36,569 nucleotides of DNA, from NCBI GenBank assembly GCA_903893525.1, contig CAITMP010000339.1, forward strand, positions 1 to 36,569. The letters are read 5' to 3'. This document shows positions 18,615 through 27,582 of the stretch, one piece after another; positions within the stretch are counted from its first letter, which is position 1, and the number at the start of each line of letters is the position of its first letter. Both the position numbers and the translations under genes were made by a program. The stretch is from an uncultured Acidobacteriia bacterium. GTDB lineage: Bacteria; Acidobacteriota; Terriglobia; Bryobacterales; Bryobacteraceae. The notes under the pieces were generated by a model, which was not told the origin of the DNA, searched no databases, and saw nothing but the letters and a program-made list of their open reading frames with translations.

Positions 18615-19994
18615 ATGAGTTTGCAGAAAAGTGTCGATGCGGCAATGACGGCGCATCGGATGGACCGGTTTGGCCCCCGCATCGGCGTCGCGGTATCCGG
18701 TGGTGCAGATTCGGTGTTCCTGCTGGGGATTCTGGTGGAACTCGGCTTTGCCGCGGCGGTGCTCCACGTCAACCACAAATTGCGGCAGGAGGAATCGGAT
18801 GCCGACGAGGATTTCGTCCGCCAGCTGGCCGCCGACGCCGGATTGCCGTTCCACACCGCCGCCATGGCCCCAGGCGAGGGCAATTTGGAACAGGAGGCCC
18901 GCCGGCTCAGGTACCGCTTCTTCAGGGAGGTCATTTCCGAGGGAATTTGCGACGCTGTCGCCACCGGCCACACCATCGACGACCAAGCCGAAACCGTCAT
19001 CGGGCGCCTCGTACGGGGTTCTGGCACGGCGGGGCTCCGGGGCGTCCTCCCGGTAACAGCCGAGCGGATAGTCCGCCCGGTTCTAGGACTTCGTCGTCAC
19101 GACATTCGCAAATTTTTGATTGAAACTGGCATCCCATGGCGCGAGGACAGTTCCAACCAGACCTCCGACTTCCTGCGAAACCGTATCCGGCATGACCTGA
19201 TGCCGCGTCTGGAAAACATCAATCCGTCTGTCGCCGAGACCCTCGCGTCCACCGCACTCCTCGCGCAGGACGAGGAGGAATACTGGGACGCGGAGATCAC
19301 CCGGCTCGCACCCCGACACTATCACCTCGAAAAGGGGGCCGTTCTCATCCGAACCGGCCCATTCATGGCCGAGCCGGTCGCAGTCCAGCGCCGAATGCTG
19401 CGGCGCGCATTCAGCCTGGTCCGAGGCGACCTCCGGCGCATCGATTTCGCCCACATCGAGGCAGCCCGCGCCCTAATGGCCTCGGCCGATGGCAGCGGTC
19501 GAATCCAGCTTCCGGGCTTGGACGTCTTCCGCTCCTTCGACTGGGTTCGAATCGACCAACCCGGATGGAGTTCCGCCACCGACCGGAACTTCGAAGCCGA
19601 AATCGCAATCCCCGGCACAGCGACATTGCCTGAACGCGGCTTGTCCCTTCAAATCGAACTGGTTACGGAAACAAGCGTATATAATGATTGCAGGAACACA
19701 CTTGCGGGCGAACGACTGGCTGGCAGGTTGACGCTCCGAAATTGGCAACCCGGCGACTGTTATGCGCCTCAGGGAGCCTCGGAGTCGGTAAAGATCAAGA
19801 CATTGTTTCAGGACCACCGGATACCGCTGTGGGAACGACGTTCCTGGCCGGTTCTGGTGCAAAACGGAATTCAGGGTGGGCGGATCATATGGAGTCGGCT
19901 TTTCGGAGTCGACCGGGAGTTCGCCGCAGGACCGGAAAGCACGGGATTTTTTCTGGTGCGGGACCTGTTACCGGAAGTTACGGAATCGAAATAA
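18615..19994 (+). CDS. tilS: tRNA(Ile)-lysidine synthase
   Basis: ATG 18615 with GGAG 6 nt upstream (ATG 18603 is an alternative). IGVAVSGGADSVFLL (PP-loop SGGxDS), LHVNHKLRQEESDADEDFV, ATGHTIDDQAET. Classical position upstream of ftsH. Confidence 0.9.
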   Translation: MSLQKSVDAAMTAHRMDRFGPRIGVAVSGGADSVFLLGILVELGFAAAVLHVNHKLRQEESDADEDFVRQLAADAGLPFHTAAMAPGEGNLEQEARRLRYRFFREVISEGICDAVATGHTIDDQAETVIGRLVRGSGTAGLRGVLPVTAERIVRPVLGLRRHDIRKFLIETGIPWREDSSNQTSDFLRNRIRHDLMPRLENINPSVAETLASTALLAQDEEEYWDAEITRLAPRHYHLEKGAVLIRTGPFMAEPVAVQRRMLRRAFSLVRGDLRRIDFAHIEAARALMASADGSGRIQLPGLDVFRSFDWVRIDQPGWSSATDRNFEAEIAIPGTATLPERGLSLQIELVTETSVYNDCRNTLAGERLAGRLTLRNWQPGDCYAPQGASESVKIKTLFQDHRIPLWERRSWPVLVQNGIQGGRIIWSRLFGVDREFAAGPESTGFFLVRDLLPEVTESK

Positions 19995-20086
19995 CAGGAT
20001 TCCGCGTCTATGGGATTAGATGGCCTTGAGTGGCGGGCCCAGCGAATTGGAATCGCGCCAAGCGGGGACGCGGGCGCGGAGGTATC

Positions 20087-22000
20087 GTGAACTCTAACGT
20101 AAAGAACGTCATATTCTGGATCGTCTTGATCTGCGTGGCTGTCCTCCTCTGGGCCGTCGTGCGCCAAGGCCACAGCAAGCCCGACCGCGCGCTGAACTTC
20201 AGCGAGTTCCTCACCGAGGTGGAACAGGGCAACATCAAGGACGTCAACATCAACGGGAACGAAGTCAAAGGCGACTTCAACAACGGCAAGGACGCCTTCC
20301 ACACGATCGTCCCAGCCAACTACCCGAAATTGTTCGATTTGCTCTCTGACAAAAAGGTAGCGATGACATTCGCCGACCCCAGCTCCAACGGTTGGGTGTC
20401 GATGCTGGTCCAGTTCTCCCCCTTCATACTCATCATCGGTTTCTGGATTTTCATGATGCGGCAGATGCAGAGCGGCGGAAACAAGGCGTTGAGCTTCGGC
20501 AAGAGCCGGGCCCGCCTGCACTCCACCCAGCAAAGGAAAATCACGTTCAAGGATGTCGCCGGTGTGGATGAAGCCAAGGAAGACCTCCTCGAAATCATTG
20601 ACTTCCTGCGCGAACCGGCCAAATTCCAAAAGCTCGGCGGTCGGATTCCCAAGGGTGTCCTGCTGATCGGTTCGCCTGGAACGGGTAAAACGCTGCTTGC
20701 GCGCGCAGTGGCCGGTGAGGCGAACGTACCGTTCTTCTCCATTTCCGGTTCCGATTTCGTCGAAATGTTCGTCGGCGTCGGTGCCAGCCGCGTCCGCGAT
20801 CTCTTCGAACAGGGCAAGAAGAACGCGCCCTGCATCATCTTCATTGACGAAATCGACGCCGTCGGACGCCATCGCGGTGCCGGTCTTGGCGGTGGACACG
20901 ACGAACGCGAGCAGACCCTCAACCAGCTACTGGTCGAAATGGACGGCTTCGAGTCCAATGAAGGCGTCATCCTCGTTGCCGCAACCAACCGCCCGGACGT
21001 GCTCGATCCGGCCCTTTTGCGCCCGGGTCGTTTCGACCGTCGCGTCGTCGTCGGTCGCCCCGATGTTGGTGGTCGCGAAGCGATTCTCCGTGTCCACACC
21101 AAGAAAGTGCCCTTGGGCGACGATGTGGATCTCTCTGTCCTGGCCCGTGGGACACCCGGCTTGGCCGGTGCCGATCTGGCGAATCTGGTGAATGAATCGG
21201 CGCTCAACGCCGCCCGCCAGAACCGCAAAGTCGTGATGATGATCGATTTCGAAGTCGCCAAGGATAAAATCCTGATGGGTGCCGAACGGAAGTCGATGAT
21301 TCTGACGGACGCCGAGAAGCGCACCACGGCCTATCACGAAGCCGGACACGCCATCGTCGCCGTTGTGGTTCCGAATGCCGATCCGCTCCACAAGGTGTCG
21401 ATAATTCCACGCGGCATGGCACTCGGCATCACCATGCAGTTGCCGACCGACGACAAGCACAATTACAGCAAGGTGTACTGCGAGGACCAACTGTCGATCC
21501 TGATGGGCGGACGCATCGCGGAAGAGCTGTACTTGAACCAAATGACCACCGGTGCCAGCAACGACATCGAGCGCGCCACCGAAATGGCCCGCAAGATGGT
21601 CTGCGAATGGGGCATGAGCCAACTCGGCCCTCTGAGCTTCGGCAAGAAGGAAGAGCAGATTTTCCTGGGTCGCGAGCTTTCCCAGCATCGCGATTACAGC
21701 GAAGAGACTGCGATCCGGATCGACGAGGAAGTCAAGAAGATCGTCTCGACGGCCTATGACCGGGCACACGCAATCATCCGCGAAAACGCCGAAGGTTTGG
21801 CCAAGGTTGCGGAAGCACTGCTTGTTCGGGAGATCCTCGACGGTGCCGAGGTGAAAACCCTGATGGCTGGCGGAAGCCTGCCGCCGGAGCCGCCCAAGGG
21901 TTCGTCCGGCACGCCGGTGGAAACCCAACAGGTCCTGCGGCCGGAATCAACCGGTCGGCGTCTCGGCTTGACCGAGGAGGCGGGTCCCGCCGCTGCCTAG
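20087..22000 (+). CDS. ftsH: ATP-dependent zinc metalloprotease FtsH
   Basis: GTG 20087 is preceded by GGAGG (20078-82). Two TM helices. [17 protein letters not shown] (Walker A), IIFIDEIDA (Walker B), the second region of homology, and HEAGHAIV (HExxH). Track ATG 20030 adds a basic, non-conserved-looking extension. Confidence 0.93.
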   Translation: MNSNVKNVIFWIVLICVAVLLWAVVRQGHSKPDRALNFSEFLTEVEQGNIKDVNINGNEVKGDFNNGKDAFHTIVPANYPKLFDLLSDKKVAMTFADPSSNGWVSMLVQFSPFILIIGFWIFMMRQMQSGGNKALSFGKSRARLHSTQQRKITFKDVAGVDEAKEDLLEIIDFLREPAKFQKLGGRIPKGVLLIGSPGTGKTLLARAVAGEANVPFFSISGSDFVEMFVGVGASRVRDLFEQGKKNAPCIIFIDEIDAVGRHRGAGLGGGHDEREQTLNQLLVEMDGFESNEGVILVAATNRPDVLDPALLRPGRFDRRVVVGRPDVGGREAILRVHTKKVPLGDDVDLSVLARGTPGLAGADLANLVNESALNAARQNRKVVMMIDFEVAKDKILMGAERKSMILTDAEKRTTAYHEAGHAIVAVVVPNADPLHKVSIIPRGMALGITMQLPTDDKHNYSKVYCEDQLSILMGGRIAEELYLNQMTTGASNDIERATEMARKMVCEWGMSQLGPLSFGKKEEQIFLGRELSQHRDYSEETAIRIDEEVKKIVSTAYDRAHAIIRENAEGLAKVAEALLVREILDGAEVKTLMAGGSLPPEPPKGSSGTPVETQQVLRPESTGRRLGLTEEAGPAAA

Positions 22001-22001
22001 T

Positions 22002-22625
22002 ATTCCCAAATTCCGGACGTATCTGTTCGATCTGGATGGAACATTGCTCGATAGCGCCGTCGATATCTGCGGCGCTATCAGCGACACCTTGGCCCAGCAC
22101 GTGGCCGCTCCCCCGCCCTTCGAGTACCTCAAGAAATTCGTCGGCTACCACTTGGACGTCTGTTTCGCCGAAGTTCTTCCGCACTACACCCGTGAACAGT
22201 TGGACCAGTTGATCGTCACCTACCGCACGCTTTACTTGGCGCGCGGACATGCCGCCACACGGCGCTACGAAGGTGCCTTGGAAGGACTGCAGGCTCTGGG
22301 TGGCAGAAAGTCCACAGCCACCACCAAAGGCACGCCCACGACCCGCGCCGTTCTGGAACAGTTCGAACTCCTACACTACTTCGACCACGTGCAAGGCACG
22401 GACGGCTTCCCCTGCAAACCGGAACCCGATGTCCTGTTCCGATCCATGGCTGGACTGGGTGCCACTCCCGACGAGGTTCTGTTCGTGGGCGACTCCGCAG
22501 CTGATATGGAAGCTGGTCGAAAAGCCGGTGTGAAAATCTGTGCGGTGACCTACGGTTACGGCAACCACGCCGACATGGCAAAGTGGGAGCCGGATTTCTG
22601 GATTTCGGATCTACGCGAGCTGTAG
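22002..22625 (+). CDS. HAD-superfamily phosphatase (phosphoglycolate phosphatase-like); start codon unresolved
   Basis: YLFDLDGTLLDS (motif I) at 22020-22055, ...STATTKG (motif II-like), VLFVGDSAADMEAG (motif IV). The track ORF begins at TTG 22044, which is the Leu inside DLDGTL. See the finding. The coordinate 22002 (ATT) is a proposal. Confidence 0.7.
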   Translation: MPKFRTYLFDLDGTLLDSAVDICGAISDTLAQHVAAPPPFEYLKKFVGYHLDVCFAEVLPHYTREQLDQLIVTYRTLYLARGHAATRRYEGALEGLQALGGRKSTATTKGTPTTRAVLEQFELLHYFDHVQGTDGFPCKPEPDVLFRSMAGLGATPDEVLFVGDSAADMEAGRKAGVKICAVTYGYGNHADMAKWEPDFWISDLREL

Positions 22626-23033
22626 CTCCGACAGTTTCGTCTCCTCAGGCACGTCGGTTGGACTTTCGAAGAACAACTTGTAACCGTCTGGATCGTCAAT
22701 CCGCGTAACCCAAAGACCATTGCCGACAAAGGGTTCCTCGGGATTCAAACCGTTTGCCAACAGCTGCCGATAGTACCCGACCGCGTCGTCGCACATGACG
22801 CAGAAGTCCGCGCCCAACCCCAGCTTCCCTTCCGGCACCCGGCCCGGCAGATATTCCTGCAACATCACCGAAATCCCATCCAGATCCAGCCAGCACCAGC
22901 GCAACTTCCCCCCCGGCATCCACCGGTGCCGGAACGTGAACCCCAAGCCATCCGTATAGAACCTGACGGATCTGGCCATATCGGACACGTTCAGCATCGG
23001 GACCAATTGTTTTGCGTTTGGAGGCGAGCCCAT
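22611..23033 (-). CDS. VOC (glyoxalase/bleomycin-resistance) family protein
   Basis: ATG 23033 gives MGSPPNAKQLVPMLNVSDMARSVRFYTDGLGFTF. This beta-alpha-beta-beta-beta module is typical of VOC proteins. The longer track start at 23096 would run through the rne terminator hairpin. Confidence 0.75.
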   Translation of the reverse strand: MGSPPNAKQLVPMLNVSDMARSVRFYTDGLGFTFRHRWMPGGKLRWCWLDLDGISVMLQEYLPGRVPEGKLGLGADFCVMCDDAVGYYRQLLANGLNPEEPFVGNGLWVTRIDDPDGYKLFFESPTDVPEETKLSELQLA

Positions 23034-23054
23034 AGGAAAACTGTACAACGGGCC

Positions 23055-23094
23055 CCAAAACCAAAAAGGCCGGAGCGCTAACAGCGCTCCGGCC
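23055..23094 (-). terminator. Rho-independent terminator downstream of the Rne/Rng gene
   Basis: Perfect 12-bp stem GGCCGGAGCGCT (23068-79) / AGCGCTCCGGCC (23083-94) with a 3-nt loop. On the minus strand it is followed by TTTTTGGTTTTGG (reverse complement of 23055-67). Confidence 0.8.
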
Positions 23095-23118
23095 ATTTTG
23101 TCGAACTGTCACCAGAAA

Positions 23119-26058
23119 CTACGCCAAGTCGAACTTGGTCTGGTGCAGAAGCGGATCGCTCTTCACCAAAACCGACTTGCCAATGATCTCCTCGATCTCC
23201 TGCAGGAACTGGTTCTGGTTGCTCTTCAGCACCTTCGCCACATCCGGGTTCACGCGCAGCATGATGGTTCCCTGCTTCTCCTCGGCCAGTGCCTTCTTCA
23301 TGCGGGACGCCTCGGAGAGGATCTCACTGATGATGGTCTGAACCGACTTGACATGGCCGGCACCCTCGCAATACGGGCAAGGCGAGCACAGGGTCCGCTC
23401 CAGTGACTGCTTCACACGCTTCCGGGTGATCGCAACCAACCCGAAATCGTTGAACTGGAGGATCTTGTACGGAGCGCGGTCGGAACGCATGGCGTCCTCA
23501 AGCGCCAGCATCACCTTCTGCCGGTTCTTGCGGTCATCCATGTCGATGAAGTCGATCACGATGATGCCGCCCAAATCACGCAGGCGGATCTGGCGGACAA
23601 TCTCTTTGATCGCGTCGGAGTTGACCTTGACGATGGTGTCTTCCAGACGGTTCGACTTGCCGACGTACTTGCCGGTGTTGATGTCGATCGCCACCAGAGC
23701 TTCGGTCTGGTTGATCACGATATACCCACCGGACTTGAGCCACACCTTCGGCCGCAGGGCCTTTTCGAGTTCATTGGTGATGCCGAACTCGTCGAAGATC
23801 GGAGCGGGACGGGTATACAGCTTGACACGGCCAACCAATGCGGGCTGGAAGCGCTCCACAAAACGGAGAATGCTCTCGTAGTGCTCTTCGTTGTCAACCC
23901 AGATGGTCTTGAACGAAGTGGTGAGCTGGTCCCGGAGGATGCGTTGGACCAAGTCCAGATCGTGGTGCAGTAGAACGGGAGCCGGCTTCCTCTCAGCCTT
24001 GTGGCGCATGTCGAGCCACAGGTTGTAGAGGAACTGCATGTCGTTCTTGAGCTCCTCCTCGGTCTTGTTCTCGGCGGCGGTACGGCAAATGAACCCGCCC
24101 GGTAGACCTTGGCGCTGCGCCTGGACAATCTTCTTGAGCCGTTGGCGCTCTTCATCCGACGGGATCTTGCGGGACACACCCGCGTGGTCCACAGTCGGCA
24201 TGTAAACCACAAAGCGGCCCGGCAATGCGATGTGGGAGGTGATCCGGGCACCCTTCTGCGCGATCGGCTCCTTCGCGATTTGGACGATGATTTCCTGGCC
24301 TTCCTTCAGGAGGTCTGAAATCGATGGAAGCACAGGCCGCTCACGGTCGGGACGCTCGGCGCGTTCGGTGCGCTCGGGACGCTCCGTGCGTTCAGCCCGC
24401 TCGCCGCCTCGGTCACCACGGTCGCGCCCACGACGATCATTGTTACGTTCGCCACGATCATTGTTACGGTCATTGCCGCGTTCGCTGTTTCGTTCACTGC
24501 CGCGTTCACGGTCGGGACGCTGTTCAGGTGTACGCTCAGCAGTACGCTCAACTGGAACATCTTCGCGAACTTCCACGATCCTCGGTTCGCTGGAGGCCGT
24601 ATCCACAACGGGAACGGCTTCGCCACGCGGCTCACCGCCGCCACGGTTCTTGTTGCGGCGTGACCGGCGGGAGACGCGGTGCGGGTAGCGCTGGCCCTGC
24701 TCACGCAGAGTTGCCGTCAAGCTGGTGGGAATCCGGGCTGGCTCGGGTCCCTCCTCGGCTGCTTCGACGGGAGATTCATCATCCCCAGAATCGTCCCCGG
24801 CTTCATCGGCCGCTTCGTCACCAACGGACTCATTCTCTTCGCCGACTGCATCGGCCACATCAGTCGAATCAGCGACCTCCGCCGGAGCGCCTTCGGCGGA
24901 TTCAGACGGCTCTTCGACGGCTGGAGCGGCTTCTGTAGCTACCTCAACAACTGCTTCGACCGGATCGGCCTCGATGGCGGCAAGGGGTTCGTCCACCACC
25001 TCAACCACTTCAATGACTTCCACTTCCGCAGCAATCGCGGGCGCAATGTCGAGAAGCGGCACCGCGGCGGTCTCCTCGGCGATAGCCTCTGCAACGGCTT
25101 CGGAAATCAGTGCCGCAACCTCAGCCTCCAATTCGGCAACGGTAAGGCCGGTCGGCAACGGCTCTTCCACAGGGTCGGATTCGGCGACGACTTCAACAGA
25201 CTGCAATTCTTCCGCAGGTGCACTTTCGACGGAATCAGATGCTGCATCGACAGATTCCGGGTCGGCGGCTCCTGTTTCGATAGCGTCTGTTTCGACCGCG
25301 TCTGCTTCGGAAACGACAATCTCGTCCACTTCCTCCACATCGTCTTCGGACTCTTCGACCGAAGGTGCGGAATACTTGGCCAGGGACTCGCCCGGGAGGA
25401 CCATGAAATCGTCCACAGGACCGGTCGTAATCGTTTGTACCGGGCTATCTTCCTCTTCCTCATCGGCACTGGCTTCGATGGAGGGCTCGGAACCGGGCGT
25501 GAAGAACTTCGAATCCGGCAAACCACCCGGACCGCGTCCGCCCCGACGGCGGCGACCACGACGGCCACGACCGCCACGGTCATTGTTCTTATCCGAACCA
25601 CCGCGGTCACCACTGCGTTCAGGTCCACGGTCGGCGGTCGCTGCGGGCTTCTGTTGCTCCCGCGGGGGGTCTTGACGACGTTCCGCTACCGGTGCGGGCT
25701 CGGAAACCGCGACCTCCAAAACCGGAGCGGCTTCAATTTCAGGAAGTGCCTCTACCTTCGGCCCGCCGCCTCGATCCATCTTGAAGACCTTGTCTTCGAC
25801 GGTACTGACTACAGCATCGTACTCGTCGTTGTCCTCGAAGAAGTCGGACACGTAGAGGAACGCATCGCGCTCCAACCCGATGTCCACAAAGGCGGACTGC
25901 ATGCCAGGCAGGACACGTGTTACGCGCCCCTTGTGGATGCTGCCGGCAAGGGAATACTCTTTTTCGCGCTCGTGGAAAATCTCGACCAGTTGGTCGTCCT
26001 CGAGAATCGCGACTCTCGTCTCGTGCCTTCCGGTCGAGACGATCAGTTCTTTCGACAT
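23119..26058 (-). CDS. rne: Rne/Rng-family endoribonuclease (RNase E/G) with a ~490-aa charged low-complexity insertion in the S1 domain
   Basis: ATG 26058 is preceded by GGGAGGA. N-terminus MSKELIVSTGRHETRVAILEDDQLVEIFHE...GSIHKGRVTRVLPGMQSAFVDIGLERDAFLYVSD (first half of S1). After the insertion it reads ISDLLKEGQEIIVQIAKEPIAQKGARITSHIALPGRFVVYMP (second half of S1). The DNase-I-like core ALVAIDINTGKY...IIVIDFIDM and the Zn-link CSPCPYCEGAG follow. Confidence 0.9.
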   Translation of the reverse strand: MSKELIVSTGRHETRVAILEDDQLVEIFHEREKEYSLAGSIHKGRVTRVLPGMQSAFVDIGLERDAFLYVSDFFEDNDEYDAVVSTVEDKVFKMDRGGGPKVEALPEIEAAPVLEVAVSEPAPVAERRQDPPREQQKPAATADRGPERSGDRGGSDKNNDRGGRGRRGRRRRGGRGPGGLPDSKFFTPGSEPSIEASADEEEEDSPVQTITTGPVDDFMVLPGESLAKYSAPSVEESEDDVEEVDEIVVSEADAVETDAIETGAADPESVDAASDSVESAPAEELQSVEVVAESDPVEEPLPTGLTVAELEAEVAALISEAVAEAIAEETAAVPLLDIAPAIAAEVEVIEVVEVVDEPLAAIEADPVEAVVEVATEAAPAVEEPSESAEGAPAEVADSTDVADAVGEENESVGDEAADEAGDDSGDDESPVEAAEEGPEPARIPTSLTATLREQGQRYPHRVSRRSRRNKNRGGGEPRGEAVPVVDTASSEPRIVEVREDVPVERTAERTPEQRPDRERGSERNSERGNDRNNDRGERNNDRRGRDRGDRGGERAERTERPERTERAERPDRERPVLPSISDLLKEGQEIIVQIAKEPIAQKGARITSHIALPGRFVVYMPTVDHAGVSRKIPSDEERQRLKKIVQAQRQGLPGGFICRTAAENKTEEELKNDMQFLYNLWLDMRHKAERKPAPVLLHHDLDLVQRILRDQLTTSFKTIWVDNEEHYESILRFVERFQPALVGRVKLYTRPAPIFDEFGITNELEKALRPKVWLKSGGYIVINQTEALVAIDINTGKYVGKSNRLEDTIVKVNSDAIKEIVRQIRLRDLGGIIVIDFIDMDDRKNRQKVMLALEDAMRSDRAPYKILQFNDFGLVAITRKRVKQSLERTLCSPCPYCEGAGHVKSVQTIISEILSEASRMKKALAEEKQGTIMLRVNPDVAKVLKSNQNQFLQEIEEIIGKSVLVKSDPLLHQTKFDLA

Positions 26059-26489
26059 CTAATTCCTCCCGTTGGGCTCCGCGAAACAGAGCTCCGAAGC
26101 GAGAGAATCCTAGACCCGGACCAACGTAGTACGCCCCGATTCAGAGCCCCGCGTAAGGATCGGTGCGTCCCACCGTTTCCAGTGGTCCCGCCCAACCAAC
26201 AAATGTAAACTCACGCCAGCCGGAGGGTGGAGGATCGGATACACGGAATCCCGCGCGCTCGACACCCGAACATCGGCCAATGGGGAACCTACTTGCCCTT
26301 TTCGGCTTGCCACATACATCGCCGGGGTCCGATTCGCATTCACGTCCCGGATCCTGGAGTCTCTGGCGGCTCCCAACTTAACTTCAAACCCAAACATCCA
26401 ACGTTGTTAGTGCCCTGAGCCGGATTCCAAGGACCACCCCGCCTCATGGCGGGCAATAGCCCCCTCCCGTCCGACCCAATCAAAACTGC
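26059..26489 (-). promoter_or_regulatory. 431-nt non-coding leader/promoter region upstream of the Rne/Rng gene
   Basis: No convincing ORF here: the 63-95-aa track ORFs are Arg/Pro-rich with no start context. The region lies between the rodA stop (26490) and the rne start. A function as a structured 5' UTR is inferred, not demonstrated. Confidence 0.35.
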
Positions 26490-27581
26490 TCAGTTGACAA
26501 ACCTTCTCACCCGGACGCTGTTCACCAGACCGAGCATCAAAAACGTGGACCAGATGCTCGACCCGCCGTAGCTCATCAGCGGAAGTGGAATCCCGGTGAC
26601 GGGCATGCGCCCTACTACCATTCCTACGTTTACCAGTATATGAAATAACAGAAGCGCCGCAACACCCATGCAGATATAAACTCCCGCCCGGTCGGGGGAA
26701 GTTTGTGCATCCTGCACGATTTGCATCAACAAAACAAAGTACAACAGCAGCACGAAGGCCACGCCGACAAAGCCGTGCTCCTCCGCGAAGGTCGAAAAAA
26801 TAAAATCCGTGTGGGGAACAGGGAGGAATCGGAGCTGTGTTTGGCTCCCCCTCGTCACCCCTTTGCCCCAAGTTCCGCCCGCACCCACGGCAATCTTGGA
26901 CTGGATCAAGTGGTAGCCCTTGCCCTGGGGGTCGCGCTCCGGATCCAGAAAACTCACAATCCGGTTCTTCTGGTAATCCTCCAAGTGCGTGTAGCCGATC
27001 GGGATAACGATCAGCGCCACCACCGCAATCGCCACCCAATAGCGCCACGGAAGGCCCGCCACAAAAATTCCAATCGCAAGAATTGGCAGATACGTCAGCG
27101 ACGTTCCAAGGTCCGGCTCCTTGGCGATCAGTGCCATCGGGAGCAGCACCAAACCTGCCAGCTTCATCATGTCCTTCAGATTGAGAACCTCAGTCCCAAG
27201 TTCCGTCAGAAACCGGGCCACAAGGAGGATCACTACGATCTTGGCGAACTCCGAAACTTGGAAGCGAAAGCCTCCCGGAAACTGAATCCAGCGCGTGCCG
27301 CCCATCGCCTTCTTGCCGAAGACCAGAACGAACAACAACAGGCCGAGCGACGCCAAGTACGCCGGGTATATTTGCTGGACCAGCGAATGGTAATCCATCC
27401 TCGACGTCACCCACATCAGGAAAATGCCGAAGACGATGTACAGCAACTGCTTCCACCAGGCACCCTGCCAGACCGTGTCATGCGTCGCGCTGAAGATCTG
27501 GACTACGCCCAAGCCGCAAATGATCAGCACAATCGCAAGCATCGCCCAATCAAAATCCTTGCTATTCGCAGCCGGGAACAA
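26490..27581 (-). CDS. rodA: SEDS-family peptidoglycan glycosyltransferase RodA (FtsW/RodA/SpoVE)
   Basis: Multi-TM protein. DFDWAMLAIVLIICGLGVVQIFSAT, ...KIVVILLVARFL, ...QLRFLPVPHTDFIFSTFAEEHGFVG...MVVGRMPVTGIPLPLMSYGGSS. TTG start 1 nt after the mrdA stop. Confidence 0.9.
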   Translation of the reverse strand: MFPAANSKDFDWAMLAIVLIICGLGVVQIFSATHDTVWQGAWWKQLLYIVFGIFLMWVTSRMDYHSLVQQIYPAYLASLGLLLFVLVFGKKAMGGTRWIQFPGGFRFQVSEFAKIVVILLVARFLTELGTEVLNLKDMMKLAGLVLLPMALIAKEPDLGTSLTYLPILAIGIFVAGLPWRYWVAIAVVALIVIPIGYTHLEDYQKNRIVSFLDPERDPQGKGYHLIQSKIAVGAGGTWGKGVTRGSQTQLRFLPVPHTDFIFSTFAEEHGFVGVAFVLLLYFVLLMQIVQDAQTSPDRAGVYICMGVAALLLFHILVNVGMVVGRMPVTGIPLPLMSYGGSSIWSTFLMLGLVNSVRVRRFVN

Positions 27582-27582
27582 C

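Noticed and set aside
18590-19027. N-terminal extension of the VWA ORF (track start 19027)
   Set aside because: It is antisense to tilS and has shadow composition. The signal peptide and VWA homology begin at GTG 18589.
19871-21928. Long minus-strand ORFs (342, 335 and 333 aa) opposite tilS and ftsH
   Set aside because: These are typical high-GC antisense ORFs. ftsH on the plus strand has complete Walker A/B and HExxH motifs.
24109-26208. Plus-strand ORFs (509, 316 and 204 aa) opposite the ribonuclease gene
   Set aside because: They are low-complexity antisense shadows of the charged insertion. The minus-strand frame links conserved S1 and catalytic segments.
26110-26418. Small ORFs (95, 72 and 63 aa) in the rodA-rne spacer
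   Set aside because: They have no RBS or start context, odd composition and no recognisable motifs. I treat the region as non-coding leader and could not confirm an sRNA either.
26059-26489. Possible housekeeping RNA (RNase P RNA, tmRNA, SRP RNA or 6S) in the 431-nt spacer
   Set aside because: On either strand I could not find the universal RNase P GGAAAGUCCGG box, a tmRNA tRNA-like end or tag frame, or the SRP GGAA/AGCA motifs. A covariance-model scan is needed for certainty.
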